Below, piece by piece: positions 9,221 to 18,893 of a DNA stretch of 32,000 nucleotides. The translations under genes and the position numbers were made by a program. Positions within the stretch are counted from its first letter, which is position 1. Each line of letters opens with the position of its first letter. The DNA lies in assembly GCF_000186885.1 (NCBI RefSeq), contig NC_014972.1:2040001-2072000 (forward strand). The letters are read 5' to 3'. The stretch is from Desulfobulbus propionicus DSM 2032. Its GTDB lineage: Bacteria; Desulfobacterota; Desulfobulbia; Desulfobulbales; Desulfobulbaceae. Under the pieces are notes generated by a model. That model did no database searches and was not told the origin of the DNA. It worked only from the letters and a program-made list of their open reading frames with translations.

Positions 9221-10816
9221 ATGGCCCGAGTGATCGAACTGTACGACACCACCCTGCGGGATGGTACCCAGGCCGAGAATTTCAATCTCTCGGTCGACGA
9301 TAAAATCAAGGTCTGCCGACAGCTTGACCGCATCGGCATCGATTTCATCGAGGGTGGCTGGCCGGGTTCCAATCCGCTAGCGGTGGAGTTTTTCAAGCAG
9401 ATGCAGGGAGTCGCGCTCAAGCAGGCTCGGCTGGCCGCCTTTGGCTCGACCCGACATTTCCAAAAAAAACCGGATCAGGATGCCAACCTCCAGGCTCTGC
9501 TGGCCGCCAAGACACCGGCAGTGACCATCTTCGGCAAGAGCTGGGATATTCATGTGATCGACGCCCTGCGCATCGAATTGGAAGACAATCTGCAGATTAT
9601 CGAGGACTCGCTGGCCTATCTCCGCCCCCATGTGCGCCACCTGATCTACGATGCCGAGCATTTTTTCGACGGTTTCAAGAACAACCGCGAATACTGTCTG
9701 GCTACCCTGGGCAAGGCCATGGCCGGCGGCGCCGAAACCATCGTCCTCTGCGACACCAACGGTGGCACCCTGCCGCACGAGATCCCGGAGATCATGGAAC
9801 GGGTGCTGCAATACCGCGCCGAGCAGGGCAGCGAAGTGCGTATTGGCATCCATTCGCACAACGATTCGGAAACCGCGGTGGCCAACGCCCTGATGGGGGT
9901 GCATTGCGGCGCCGATCACATCCAGGGGACGATCAACGGCTTTGGCGAGCGATGCGGCAACGCCAACCTGACCTCGATCATTCCGGCCCTGATTTTCAAG
10001 ATGGGACTGGAATGCAAGGTGGGCAAACGGATCGATCAGCTCTACACCACCGCGCGCATGGTCAACGAACTGGCCAACCTGCCGCACAACCGCTACCAGC
10101 CCTACGTGGGCGAATCGGCCTTTGCCCACAAGGGCGGAATCCATGTGAGCGCGGTGCAGCGCAACCCCATGACCTACGAGCACATTGCCCCGGAAAAGGT
10201 GGGCAACAGCCGACGAGTGCTGATCTCCGATCAGTCCGGCAAATCCAATGTGCTGATGAAGGCTCAGAAATACGGCCTGGATATCGAGGCCGACGACCCG
10301 CTGATGACCGAGATCATCAGCCAGCTCAAGGAACTGGAAAATCAGGGCTACCAATACGAGGCGGCCGAGGCCAGCTTCGAGCTGCTGATGCGCCGGGCCC
10401 TTGGCCTGCACCGCGATTTCTTCCAGCTGGAAGCCTTCCGGGTGATGAACCATAAGTACGACCTGAACAAGAGCCCCTACACCGAGGCCACCATCCGGTT
10501 GTACGTGGACGGCAGCGAAGTCCATACCGCCGCCATGGGCGACGGACCGGTCAACGCGCTCGACCGAGCCTTGCGCAAGGCGCTGACCCGGTTTTATCCC
10601 AGCCTGGAAGACATGGAACTCACGGATTACAAGGTGCGGGTGCTCACCGGCGAATACGGCACCGGCGCCAAGGTCCGCGTTCTGGTGGAGAGCAAGGACC
10701 TAGAGGACAGCTGGGGCACGGTCGGCGTTTCGGTCAACATCATCGAGGCCAGCTGGCAGGCCCTGGTGGACAGCATCAACTACAAGCTGATGAAGGATGA
10801 AAAAGGCCGCTGTTGA
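9221..10816 (+). CDS. cimA: (R)-citramalate synthase
   Basis: MARVIELYDTTLRDGTQAENFNLSVDDKIKVCRQLDRIGIDFIEGGWPGSNP, HSHNDSETAVANALMGVHCGADHIQGTINGFGERCGNANL, LeuA dimer C-terminal domain. Confidence 0.92.
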   Translation: MARVIELYDTTLRDGTQAENFNLSVDDKIKVCRQLDRIGIDFIEGGWPGSNPLAVEFFKQMQGVALKQARLAAFGSTRHFQKKPDQDANLQALLAAKTPAVTIFGKSWDIHVIDALRIELEDNLQIIEDSLAYLRPHVRHLIYDAEHFFDGFKNNREYCLATLGKAMAGGAETIVLCDTNGGTLPHEIPEIMERVLQYRAEQGSEVRIGIHSHNDSETAVANALMGVHCGADHIQGTINGFGERCGNANLTSIIPALIFKMGLECKVGKRIDQLYTTARMVNELANLPHNRYQPYVGESAFAHKGGIHVSAVQRNPMTYEHIAPEKVGNSRRVLISDQSGKSNVLMKAQKYGLDIEADDPLMTEIISQLKELENQGYQYEAAEASFELLMRRALGLHRDFFQLEAFRVMNHKYDLNKSPYTEATIRLYVDGSEVHTAAMGDGPVNALDRALRKALTRFYPSLEDMELTDYKVRVLTGEYGTGAKVRVLVESKDLEDSWGTVGVSVNIIEASWQALVDSINYKLMKDEKGRC

Positions 10817-11288
10817 TGCGCCGGCAACCGCCGAGGAGTGCAAGGACAAGCGGACGCTTGTCCTTTTTCTTTTGGCCTTGCTGATTGTTGCCGTGGACCT
10901 GGTTCCCGTGGCGCAACAAAAAGCTTCTCCGTTGTACGGCGTTCGTCTTGAAACGATCGGCGGCGGTTGGCAGGTAATCCGGTTGCCGGCCGGTGGTCCG
11001 GAATCAGGAACAGAAAAAACTCCTATATCTCTCTTGGATCCGCAAGGCCCCGCCGCGAACACCCTGCCAGCCCCACTGGCCCTGTTTCTCAACCAGCCGT
11101 TGCCGATCAATCGCGCCGACCGGGCAGCGCTGGAAATGCTGCCGGGCGTGGGGCCGCACCTGGCAGCGGCCATCGAGCAAACCCGGCAGCGCCGCGGCCC
11201 GCTGACCGGTCCCGAGGACCTGCTCGATGTGCCGGGCATTGGTCCGCAAAGCCTGCAACGCCTCCTGCCCTTGGTCAGTTTTGAATGA
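10797..11288 (+). CDS. Membrane-anchored helix-hairpin-helix (ComEA-like) protein
   Basis: N-terminal TM segment TLVLFLLALLIVAVDLV; C-terminal HhH repeats NRADRAALEMLPGVGPHLAAAIEQTRQRRGPLTGPEDLLDVPGIGPQSLQRLLP. Confidence 0.78.
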   Translation: MKKAAVDAPATAEECKDKRTLVLFLLALLIVAVDLVPVAQQKASPLYGVRLETIGGGWQVIRLPAGGPESGTEKTPISLLDPQGPAANTLPAPLALFLNQPLPINRADRAALEMLPGVGPHLAAAIEQTRQRRGPLTGPEDLLDVPGIGPQSLQRLLPLVSFE

Positions 11289-12238
11289 CCGCCGCAGCCA
11301 TGCCCATCGCCACGCCTGTCCTGGTCCTGGTCGGACCGACAGCCATCGGCAAGACCGCGCTGTCGCTCGCCATTGGCGAGCGGTTTGACTGCGAGATCAT
11401 CTCCATGGACTCGATGCAGGTCTATCGGTTCATGGATATCGGTACGGCCAAGGCCAGCCGGGAAGAACGGCAGCGAATCGTCCACCATCTGATCGATATC
11501 GTCGACCCGGACGAGCAATACGATGCGGCCCGTTTTGTCGACGATACCCTGACGGCGATCACGGCCATCTCGGCCAGGGGAAAGATTCCCCTGATCACCG
11601 GCGGCACCGGCCTCTACCTCTCGGCCCTGGTCAACGGCCTGTTTGACGAGCTCAAGACAAGCGCCGAGCTGCGGCAACATCTTGCGCAACGCCTGCGCGC
11701 GGAGGGCAGGGGGGAGCTCTATCTCGAATTGACCACGGTGGATCCGGAAAGCGCGAGGCGCATTCATCCCAACGATACCCAACGGCTGTTGCGCGGCCTG
11801 GAAATTTTCCATGCCACCGGCATTCCCTGGTCGGAACACCTGCGCCGGCAGGCCAACGCATCACCGGCGGCGACCTTTTCCCACCTGCTCCAGCTGGGTC
11901 TCACCTGCGAGCGGGACACGCTGTACGAGCGCATACGACTTCGCACGCAAGCGATGATGCAGGATGCCTTTGAGGAAGAAGTTGCAGCCTTGCTCGCCCG
12001 GGGATACGGTCCGGAACTGCCCTCGATGCAGGCCATCGGCTACCGGCACATGTGCGGCTGTATCCAGGGGCTCTGGGACCGGGAAACAGCCACCGCCGCC
12101 CTGATCCAGGACACCCGCCGATATGCCAAGCGGCAGCTGACCTGGTTCAAACACCAGCACCGCATCCACTGGCACCACATCCGGCAACCGGACAAGGTGC
12201 TTGCGGATATTGCCGATTTCTTGCATACTGCCCGCTAA
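11285..12238 (+). CDS. miaA: tRNA dimethylallyltransferase
   Basis: VLVLVGPTAIGKTALSLAIGERFDCEIISMDSMQVYRFMDIGTAKAS, HHLIDIVDPDEQYDAARF; overlaps the previous stop by 4 nt. Confidence 0.95.
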   Translation: MTAAAMPIATPVLVLVGPTAIGKTALSLAIGERFDCEIISMDSMQVYRFMDIGTAKASREERQRIVHHLIDIVDPDEQYDAARFVDDTLTAITAISARGKIPLITGGTGLYLSALVNGLFDELKTSAELRQHLAQRLRAEGRGELYLELTTVDPESARRIHPNDTQRLLRGLEIFHATGIPWSEHLRRQANASPAATFSHLLQLGLTCERDTLYERIRLRTQAMMQDAFEEEVAALLARGYGPELPSMQAIGYRHMCGCIQGLWDRETATAALIQDTRRYAKRQLTWFKHQHRIHWHHIRQPDKVLADIADFLHTAR

Positions 12239-12268
12239 TTATACGGTTCCTTTGCCCTGTTTTCGCCC

Positions 12269-14026
12269 ATGCAACCGCTTCCCTACATCTTTTCTCCCCA
12301 TGCCGACAGCCCCCAGGTCAGGCATTTTGGGGCGCTGGTTGCCAAAGAATTCCGCATTCCCCGGCAGCTGGGTGAAATCATGTATCATCGCGGCCTGCGG
12401 ACCCTCGAGGCAGTGCAGGCATTTCTCTATCCGCAACTGTCGATGCTCCCCTCGCCGGATTCGATGAAGGGAATCGGCGAGGCGGTTGACAGCATCGTCC
12501 ATGCCTGCACAACGGCCAGTCCCATTTTCATCCACGGCGACTATGATGTCGACGGCATCACCGCCACGGCGCTGCTCACGGTCTTTTTCAACGAAATCGG
12601 CATCGACACCCACTATTACATTCCCAACCGCCTGGAGGAACGTTATGGCCTGTCGGTCAGATCGATCGACCGCTTGCTGGCGCAGTCGAGGGAAGCGGGC
12701 AGGGGAGGGCTGCTGATCACCGTGGACTGCGGTATCTCGGCCGTGCGGGAAGTGGCCTATGCGCGGGAACGGGGGCTCGTGGTGATCATCACCGATCACC
12801 ACGAGCCACAGGCCACGCTGCCGTGCGCGGATGCGCTGCTCAATCCGAAGCAGCACGACTGCCGGTTTCCGTTTTCTCAACTCTCCGGGGTTGGTGTTGC
12901 CTTCTTCCTGATCGTGGCCCTGCGCAAGGCCTTCATGGAAAGGGGGCTGTTTGCCGCACGGTCGCTGAATCTGAAAAAATATCTCGATCTGGTGGCCTTG
13001 GGCACGGTGGCCGACGTGGTGCCGCTGGTTGGCGTGAACCGCATTCTGGTGCGGGCCGGTCTGGAGGTGTTGTCCGCCAAGAATCGGCCGGGATTGTTGT
13101 CCTTGTGTGAATGCTGCGGCATTGGTCATCGCGAGATCCTGGCCGAAGACATCTCGTTCAAATTGGCCCCCAGGATTAATGCCGCCGGACGGCTCGGAGT
13201 GCCGCGGCTGGGGGTCGAATTGCTGCTGGCGAAAGATCACGCCGGGGCACGGCGGGCCGCCGATGAATTGGAACGGTTGAATACGGCGAGAAAACAGCTG
13301 GAAGGCAGCGCCCTTGCCGCCATTGAACAGCAGTGCGCCCACCAGGTCGAAGCGGGAGTCGACGGCCTCGCGGTCTACCACGCCGATTGTCATCCTGGGG
13401 TGCTGGGCATCTTGGCCTCCAAAATCGTCGAACGTTTCCACCGGCCAGCGATCATCTTCACCGATGACCAGCAACACAGGGCGGGCACAAACCTGAAAGG
13501 GTCGGGTCGATCGGTGGCCGGGGTGCATCTGTTTCACCTGCTTGAACAGTGCAATGGCCTGATCGATCAATTCGGGGGACATGCCATGGCGGTTGGACTC
13601 ACCATCGACAAGACCTTGCTGCCCTCCTTTGCCGATCTGTTCAACCGCCAGGTAACGACCCGGCACGCCGAGGTGCTACGACAGGGCAGGGGGATCGTCA
13701 TCGATTGCCACCTCACGGATAAATCGATTTTGACCATGGAATTTGCCTGGGCCTTGCGTCTGTTGCAACCATTCGGCGAAGGCAACCCTGAACCGACCTT
13801 CCTGCTGTCACGGGAACAGCTGGTGCAGCCAAAAGGTGTCAATGGGCACCTGCGTTTCCAACTGCGTGGCGCCAACGGTCATGTTTTCCCGGGCATCGGG
13901 TTTCGGCTGGCTCCCGCGGGACGAAATTTCCACGGCAGTCAGGATCTGGTCTTTCATCTGAAGCGATCATGGTTCAGAGGAACTGAACAGACCCAGATCC
14001 AGGCGCTCCACCTTGTCCCCCATTGA
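12269..14026 (+). CDS. recJ: Single-stranded-DNA-specific exonuclease RecJ
   Basis: IFIHGDYDVDGITATALL, LLITVDCGIS, VVIITDHHEPQATLPCADALLNPK, RINAAGRLG, DQFGGHAMAVGLTI. Confidence 0.95.
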   Translation: MQPLPYIFSPHADSPQVRHFGALVAKEFRIPRQLGEIMYHRGLRTLEAVQAFLYPQLSMLPSPDSMKGIGEAVDSIVHACTTASPIFIHGDYDVDGITATALLTVFFNEIGIDTHYYIPNRLEERYGLSVRSIDRLLAQSREAGRGGLLITVDCGISAVREVAYARERGLVVIITDHHEPQATLPCADALLNPKQHDCRFPFSQLSGVGVAFFLIVALRKAFMERGLFAARSLNLKKYLDLVALGTVADVVPLVGVNRILVRAGLEVLSAKNRPGLLSLCECCGIGHREILAEDISFKLAPRINAAGRLGVPRLGVELLLAKDHAGARRAADELERLNTARKQLEGSALAAIEQQCAHQVEAGVDGLAVYHADCHPGVLGILASKIVERFHRPAIIFTDDQQHRAGTNLKGSGRSVAGVHLFHLLEQCNGLIDQFGGHAMAVGLTIDKTLLPSFADLFNRQVTTRHAEVLRQGRGIVIDCHLTDKSILTMEFAWALRLLQPFGEGNPEPTFLLSREQLVQPKGVNGHLRFQLRGANGHVFPGIGFRLAPAGRNFHGSQDLVFHLKRSWFRGTEQTQIQALHLVPH

Positions 14027-14180
14027 TCGGCACCGTCATAGGTAAAATTTAACATAATATATATTATGCGACATTTAACACCCCAAACCGTGGAGACCAA
14101 ACACCACACATAGCGGACATTACGGCATAAACCGATCGTCCGCCTTTTCATTCATCACTAACCCCAACGAGCATATCGAC

Positions 14181-15623
14181 ATGAATCGCGACATCTATCA
14201 GGAACCGCTGGTTTCCCGCTACACCAGCCGGGAAATGCAGGAGCTTTTCTCCGAACGCTTCAAATTCACCCATTGGCGCAAATGTTGGGTTGCCCTGGCC
14301 GAGGCCCAGCACGAACTGGGGCTTGCCGCGGTGACCGCCGAAATGGTGGCCGAACTGAAGGCCAATGTGGACAACATCAACTTCGAGGTGGCCGCCGCCA
14401 AGGAGCGCGAGATTCGCCACGATGTCATGGCCCACGTCTTTGCCTATGGCCAGCAGTGCCCGCTGGCCGAGCCGATTATTCACCTGGGCGCCACCTCGCA
14501 GTTCGTGGTCTGCAACACCGATCTGCTGATCCAGAAACGAGCCCTGCATCTGATCAAGCGAGCGCTGCTTACGGTCATCGCCAACCTCGCAGAATTCTGC
14601 ACCCGACACAAAGACCTGGCCACCCTCGGCTTTACCCATTACCAGCCCGCCCAACCAACTACGGTTGGCAAGCGCAACACCCTGTACCTTCAAGATTTAT
14701 TAATGGATCTCGAGTACATTGAGCAGCTCGAGGGGCAAATCAAGGCACGGGGGGCCAAGGGCACCGTCGGTACCCAGGCGACCTTTATCGAACTGTTTGC
14801 CGGCGACCATGACAAGGTCCGCGAGCTTGATCGGCTGGTGGCCCAAAAAATCGGCTTTGATCAGGTCTTTGCGGTCACCGGCCAAACCTATCCGCGCAAG
14901 CTGGACATGAAGACCGCCGAAACCCTGGCCGGTATCGGCGCCTCGGCCCACAAGTTCGCCGTTGACCTGCGCCTGCTCTCCAACCTGAAGGTTCAGGAGG
15001 AACCCTTTGAACGCAAACAGGTGGGCAGTTCGGCCATGGCCTACAAACGCAACCCCATGCGCTCCGAGCGGATGACCGGTCTGGCCCGCAAACTCATGGG
15101 TCTGCCGGCCAACTTCGCCGCAACTGCGGCCAACCAGTGGTTTGAACGCACCCTCGACGACTCGGCGATCCGCCGCATGGATCTGGCCCAGGCCTTTCTC
15201 CTGACCGACGCCATCCTCAAATTGTACATCAACATTACCAACGATATGGTTGTCTATCCGAAGCAGGTTGAGCGCCATCTCAAGGAAGAACTGCCCTTCA
15301 TGGCCACGGAAAAGATCCTCATGGCCTGTGTCGAACGCGGCAAGAGCCGGCAGGAGATGCATGAGGTCATCCGCGAGCATTCGGTGGCTGCCGGACTGGA
15401 TGTCAAGAATCAGGGATTGCGCAACAATCTGCTGGAGCGGCTGGCTGACGATGAACGCGTGCCCTTTGATCTCCAGGAGCTCAACGGTCTGATCGGCAAT
15501 TACCAGCAGTTCACCGGCCGAGCCGCCGAACAGACCACTGAATTCCTCCAGGAGCAGGTGGCGCCGGTGCTGGAACAATACCGCGACTTGCTGGGCGACA
15601 TCGACGCCACGCTGTCGGTCTGA
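14181..15623 (+). CDS. purB: Adenylosuccinate lyase
   Basis: IIHLGATSQFVVCNTDLL, LGFTHYQPAQPTTVGKR, signature GSSAMAYKRNPMRSERM. Confidence 0.95.
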   Translation: MNRDIYQEPLVSRYTSREMQELFSERFKFTHWRKCWVALAEAQHELGLAAVTAEMVAELKANVDNINFEVAAAKEREIRHDVMAHVFAYGQQCPLAEPIIHLGATSQFVVCNTDLLIQKRALHLIKRALLTVIANLAEFCTRHKDLATLGFTHYQPAQPTTVGKRNTLYLQDLLMDLEYIEQLEGQIKARGAKGTVGTQATFIELFAGDHDKVRELDRLVAQKIGFDQVFAVTGQTYPRKLDMKTAETLAGIGASAHKFAVDLRLLSNLKVQEEPFERKQVGSSAMAYKRNPMRSERMTGLARKLMGLPANFAATAANQWFERTLDDSAIRRMDLAQAFLLTDAILKLYINITNDMVVYPKQVERHLKEELPFMATEKILMACVERGKSRQEMHEVIREHSVAAGLDVKNQGLRNNLLERLADDERVPFDLQELNGLIGNYQQFTGRAAEQTTEFLQEQVAPVLEQYRDLLGDIDATLSV

Positions 15624-15651
15624 CCTTGGCCGTTCCTCCTGGTATGCGAGC

Positions 15652-15876
15652 ATGACCAATCACGCCCTTGTCGAATGGTACCTGTGCATCCGCCCGGAAA
15701 AGATCAGCTGGCTGCGCTTCATCCTTGAAGGATACGACGGTTTGGCCCTGCTCTCAACGGTTTCTGCCCCTACCGGCCTGGTCAGGATGCAGACCCTGGA
15801 GTGCCGATTCATGGAAACCATGCGCCTGTTGGAGGCATTGGCTGGCGACCTGTCGCCATACCGGAGGGAGGCTTGA
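15652..15876 (+). CDS. DUF4911-like small protein
   Basis: 74-aa ORF MTNHALVEWYLCIRPEKISWLRFILEGYDGLALLSTVSAPTGLVRMQTLE between purB and miaB, same strand, SD-like GGTATGCGAG region upstream. Confidence 0.65.
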   Translation: MTNHALVEWYLCIRPEKISWLRFILEGYDGLALLSTVSAPTGLVRMQTLECRFMETMRLLEALAGDLSPYRREA

Positions 15877-15922
15877 GCAATCAGGTGAACGTTTCGCGGT
15901 ATCTTCTTCTTTTTCAATGGTT

Positions 15923-17275
15923 ATGAGCAAAAATCTCTATATCAAGACCTTCGGGTGCCAGATGAATGAAAGGGACTCGGAAATCATGGAACAGATGCTG
16001 GCGCAGGAGGGGTACGTGCCGGCCGCCAGTCCCGAAGGTGCCGACGTCGTTCTGATCAACACCTGCAGCATCCGGGAAAAGGCCGAGCAAAAAGTGTTCA
16101 GCCTTCTGGGGCAGTTGCGCGAGGAAAAGGCGCGTAATCCGAGCCTGCTGCTCGGGGTCACCGGCTGTGTGGCCCAGCAGGAGGGCGAACGGATCCGCGA
16201 ACGGATGCCTCATGTCGACCTGATCGTCGGCACCCAGCAGATCTACCAGTTACCGGAAATGCTCGCTCGTCTCACCCAAGGCATGACCACCAGGGAAACC
16301 GCCACCGACCTGGAAGGCTCCTTTGCCATTCCGCCCTTTCAGAAATTGCTGATTAACACGCCGCCCTCCCCTGCCCCGCACAGCTTTAGACGGTTTGTCA
16401 CCATCATGCAGGGGTGCAACAACTACTGCAGCTACTGCGTGGTTCCCGGCACCCGCGGCCGGGAAATCAGTCGGCCGGTGGCGGACATCATGGAGGAAGT
16501 GGAAATCCTGGTCAGCCAGGGGGTGAAGGAGATCACCCTGCTCGGGCAAAACGTCAACTCCTACGGCAAGACCAACAAGGTAGCCGATACCGAGGTTGAT
16601 TTTCCGCAGTTGTTGCGACAGGTTGCCTTGGTCAACGGGTTACGGCGGCTGCGCTTCACCACCTCCCACCCCAAGGATCTATCCGAAGCGCTGATGCGCT
16701 GCTTTGCCGAGATCGATATTCTTTGTCCGCATTTTCATCTACCGGTGCAGTCCGGGTCCAACGCCGTTCTCCAGCGGATGAACCGCAAATATACCGTGGA
16801 GAACTATCTGGAAAAGGTTGCCTCCTTGCGCCGCTTATGCCCGGACATTGCCCTGGCCACCGATATCATCGTCGGTTTTCCCGGCGAGACCGAAGCCGAT
16901 TTTCAGGCCACCATGGATCTGCTGCAAACCGTTCGATTTCACGGCTCCTTTTCCTTCAAATACTCGGACCGCCCCCATACCCGCTCCGCCGAATTCTCCG
17001 ACAAGATCCCGGAAGAGGTCAAGGCCAGACGGTTGATGGAGTTTCAATCGCTTCAGGATAGCATTTCTTTAGAACGCAACAGCGAATCGATCGGTCGTGA
17101 AGTTGAAGTTATGGTTGAATCAGGTGAAGGGAATCGGTTAAGAGGCCGAACCCCGGCCAACCAGATCGTTCATTTCACCGCCGCCCCAGCCTCTTCCCTG
17201 ATACCCGGAACGCTGGCGCGGGTGCAGATTGACCATGCGGGCAAGCATAGTCTCAAGGGAACATTACGAAATTAA
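15923..17275 (+). CDS. miaB: tRNA-2-methylthio-N6-dimethylallyladenosine synthase, radical SAM
   Basis: LYIKTFGCQMNERDSE, VLINTCSIREKAEQKVFSLLGQLR, VTIMQGCNNYCSYCVVPGTRGREISRP, TRAM domain. ATG at 15917 is an alternative start. Confidence 0.95.
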   Translation: MSKNLYIKTFGCQMNERDSEIMEQMLAQEGYVPAASPEGADVVLINTCSIREKAEQKVFSLLGQLREEKARNPSLLLGVTGCVAQQEGERIRERMPHVDLIVGTQQIYQLPEMLARLTQGMTTRETATDLEGSFAIPPFQKLLINTPPSPAPHSFRRFVTIMQGCNNYCSYCVVPGTRGREISRPVADIMEEVEILVSQGVKEITLLGQNVNSYGKTNKVADTEVDFPQLLRQVALVNGLRRLRFTTSHPKDLSEALMRCFAEIDILCPHFHLPVQSGSNAVLQRMNRKYTVENYLEKVASLRRLCPDIALATDIIVGFPGETEADFQATMDLLQTVRFHGSFSFKYSDRPHTRSAEFSDKIPEEVKARRLMEFQSLQDSISLERNSESIGREVEVMVESGEGNRLRGRTPANQIVHFTAAPASSLIPGTLARVQIDHAGKHSLKGTLRN

Positions 17276-17285
17276 ATACTCTTTC

Positions 17286-17957
17286 ATGCGAGCCAATACC
17301 ATGATCGATCTCCATTCCCACAGTTTTTTCAGCGACGGCGCCCTGGTGCCGTCCGAACATGTCCGCCGGGTTGAACATCTGGGTTACCAGGCCATCGCCA
17401 TCACCGACCATGCCGACTCCTCCAACATCCGGTTGCTTATCCCCAATCTGATCAGGGTAGCCCGCGACCTGAATGCGGTCAATGCCACCCAGTTAATCGT
17501 CGGTGTCGAACTGACCCATGTGCCCCCTGCTCTGATCGGTCCCCTGGCGGCCGAGTCGCGTGCCCTAGGGGCCCAGTTGATCGTGGTGCATGGCGAGACG
17601 CCGGTGGAACCTGTTCTCCCCGGCACCAACCGGGCGGCTCTGGAGGCCGATGTCGATCTGCTGGCCCATCCGGGATTCATCACCGAGGAAGAGGCGGCCC
17701 TGGCCGCCCGCCGGGGAATCTTGCTGGAACTCTCCGGCCGCAAAGGTCACAGTCTGACCAACGGTCATGTGGCCCGCATGGCCGAAAAAACCGGAGCCCT
17801 ATTGGCCATCAATGCCGATGGTCACGCGCCCGGAGATTTTCTCACCGCGGAGATGGCGGAAAAGGTGGGCTTGGGGGCGGGATTGAACAGGGAGCGGTAC
17901 CAGCAGGTCCGCCGCGACATGGCGGCTCTGGTCGACCGGCTGAAGCCGCTTGATTAA
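17286..17957 (+). CDS. PHP-domain (histidinol-phosphatase-like) metal-dependent hydrolase
   Basis: MIDLHSHSFFSDGALVPSEHVRRVEHLGYQAIAITDHADSSNI, VGVELTHV, LLAHPG. Confidence 0.85.
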   Translation: MRANTMIDLHSHSFFSDGALVPSEHVRRVEHLGYQAIAITDHADSSNIRLLIPNLIRVARDLNAVNATQLIVGVELTHVPPALIGPLAAESRALGAQLIVVHGETPVEPVLPGTNRAALEADVDLLAHPGFITEEEAALAARRGILLELSGRKGHSLTNGHVARMAEKTGALLAINADGHAPGDFLTAEMAEKVGLGAGLNRERYQQVRRDMAALVDRLKPLD

Positions 17958-17980
17958 TCGAAAACACGCAGGAGCGGAGC

Positions 17981-18850
17981 ATGCACTACCAAGGAACCAT
18001 CTATCGGCCGCCCAGCGAGGCCAACAGCATCCTGCTGCAGGTAACCACCGGCTGCTCCCACAACAAGTGCACCTTTTGCGGGATGTACAAAGGGCAACGG
18101 TTCTCGATCAAGTCCGACGACATCATCTTTGCCGACATCGACTATGCGTCCAACTATTTTTCCTTTGCCCGCCGCTTGTTCCTCTGCGACGGCGATGCCC
18201 TGATCGTGCCGCAGCAGCGGCTGCTTGCCATCCTCCAGCGGATTGAAACCCGTCTGCCGCAGGTCACCCGTGTGGGCATTTACGCCAACAGCAAGAGTCT
18301 GCGACTCAAAACGGTCGAGGAGTTGCGGCAGTTACGGCAACACGGTCTGGGCATCGTCTACATGGGCCTGGAAAGCGGCGACGACTCCACCCTTGCCCGG
18401 ATGCACAAGGGCGCGACCGCCGAGGAGATGATCGCCATGGGGCAAAAGGCCAAGGCCGCCGGTCTTCCCCTGTCCCTCACCGTGCTCCTGGGCATTGCCG
18501 GGCCGGAGCGATCGGCCATCCACGCAACGGAAACCGGCCGGGTGCTCAGCGCCATAGATCCGGAATATGTGGGTGCCTTGAGCCTGATGCTCGAACCCGG
18601 AACCCAGCTCCATGACCAGTACCGGGATGGAAGGTTCGCCATGCCCGAGCCGCTGGCCATCCTCCAAGAGCTACGGACCATGATTGCGGCCACTGAACTC
18701 AGCAACGGTCTCTTTCACGCCAACCACGCCTCCAACTATCTGCCGATCCGGGCCAAGCTGCCCGAAGACAAGGAAAAGACCCTGGCCGTGCTCGATCAGG
18801 CCCTTGTCGGCGCCCTGTCCTTGAAACCCGAGTTTCTTCGCGCCTTATAG
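17981..18850 (+). CDS. Uncharacterised radical SAM protein (paralog of the gene at 5161-6063)
   Basis: IYRPPSEANSILLQVTTGCSHNKCTFCGMYKGQRFSIK, GLESGDDSTLARMHKG, HANHASNYLPIRAKLPEDK. Confidence 0.87.
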   Translation: MHYQGTIYRPPSEANSILLQVTTGCSHNKCTFCGMYKGQRFSIKSDDIIFADIDYASNYFSFARRLFLCDGDALIVPQQRLLAILQRIETRLPQVTRVGIYANSKSLRLKTVEELRQLRQHGLGIVYMGLESGDDSTLARMHKGATAEEMIAMGQKAKAAGLPLSLTVLLGIAGPERSAIHATETGRVLSAIDPEYVGALSLMLEPGTQLHDQYRDGRFAMPEPLAILQELRTMIAATELSNGLFHANHASNYLPIRAKLPEDKEKTLAVLDQALVGALSLKPEFLRAL

Positions 18851-18893
18851 CCTTTCTCTCGTCTGAACTGGGCAAGGGAGGCTTGTTCCCGTC

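Noticed and set aside
9377-10525. 382-aa minus-strand ORF opposite cimA
   Set aside because: Antisense shadow ORF with no family resemblance.
12239-13666. 475-aa minus-strand ORF opposite recJ
   Set aside because: Antisense shadow; recJ motifs are complete on the plus strand.
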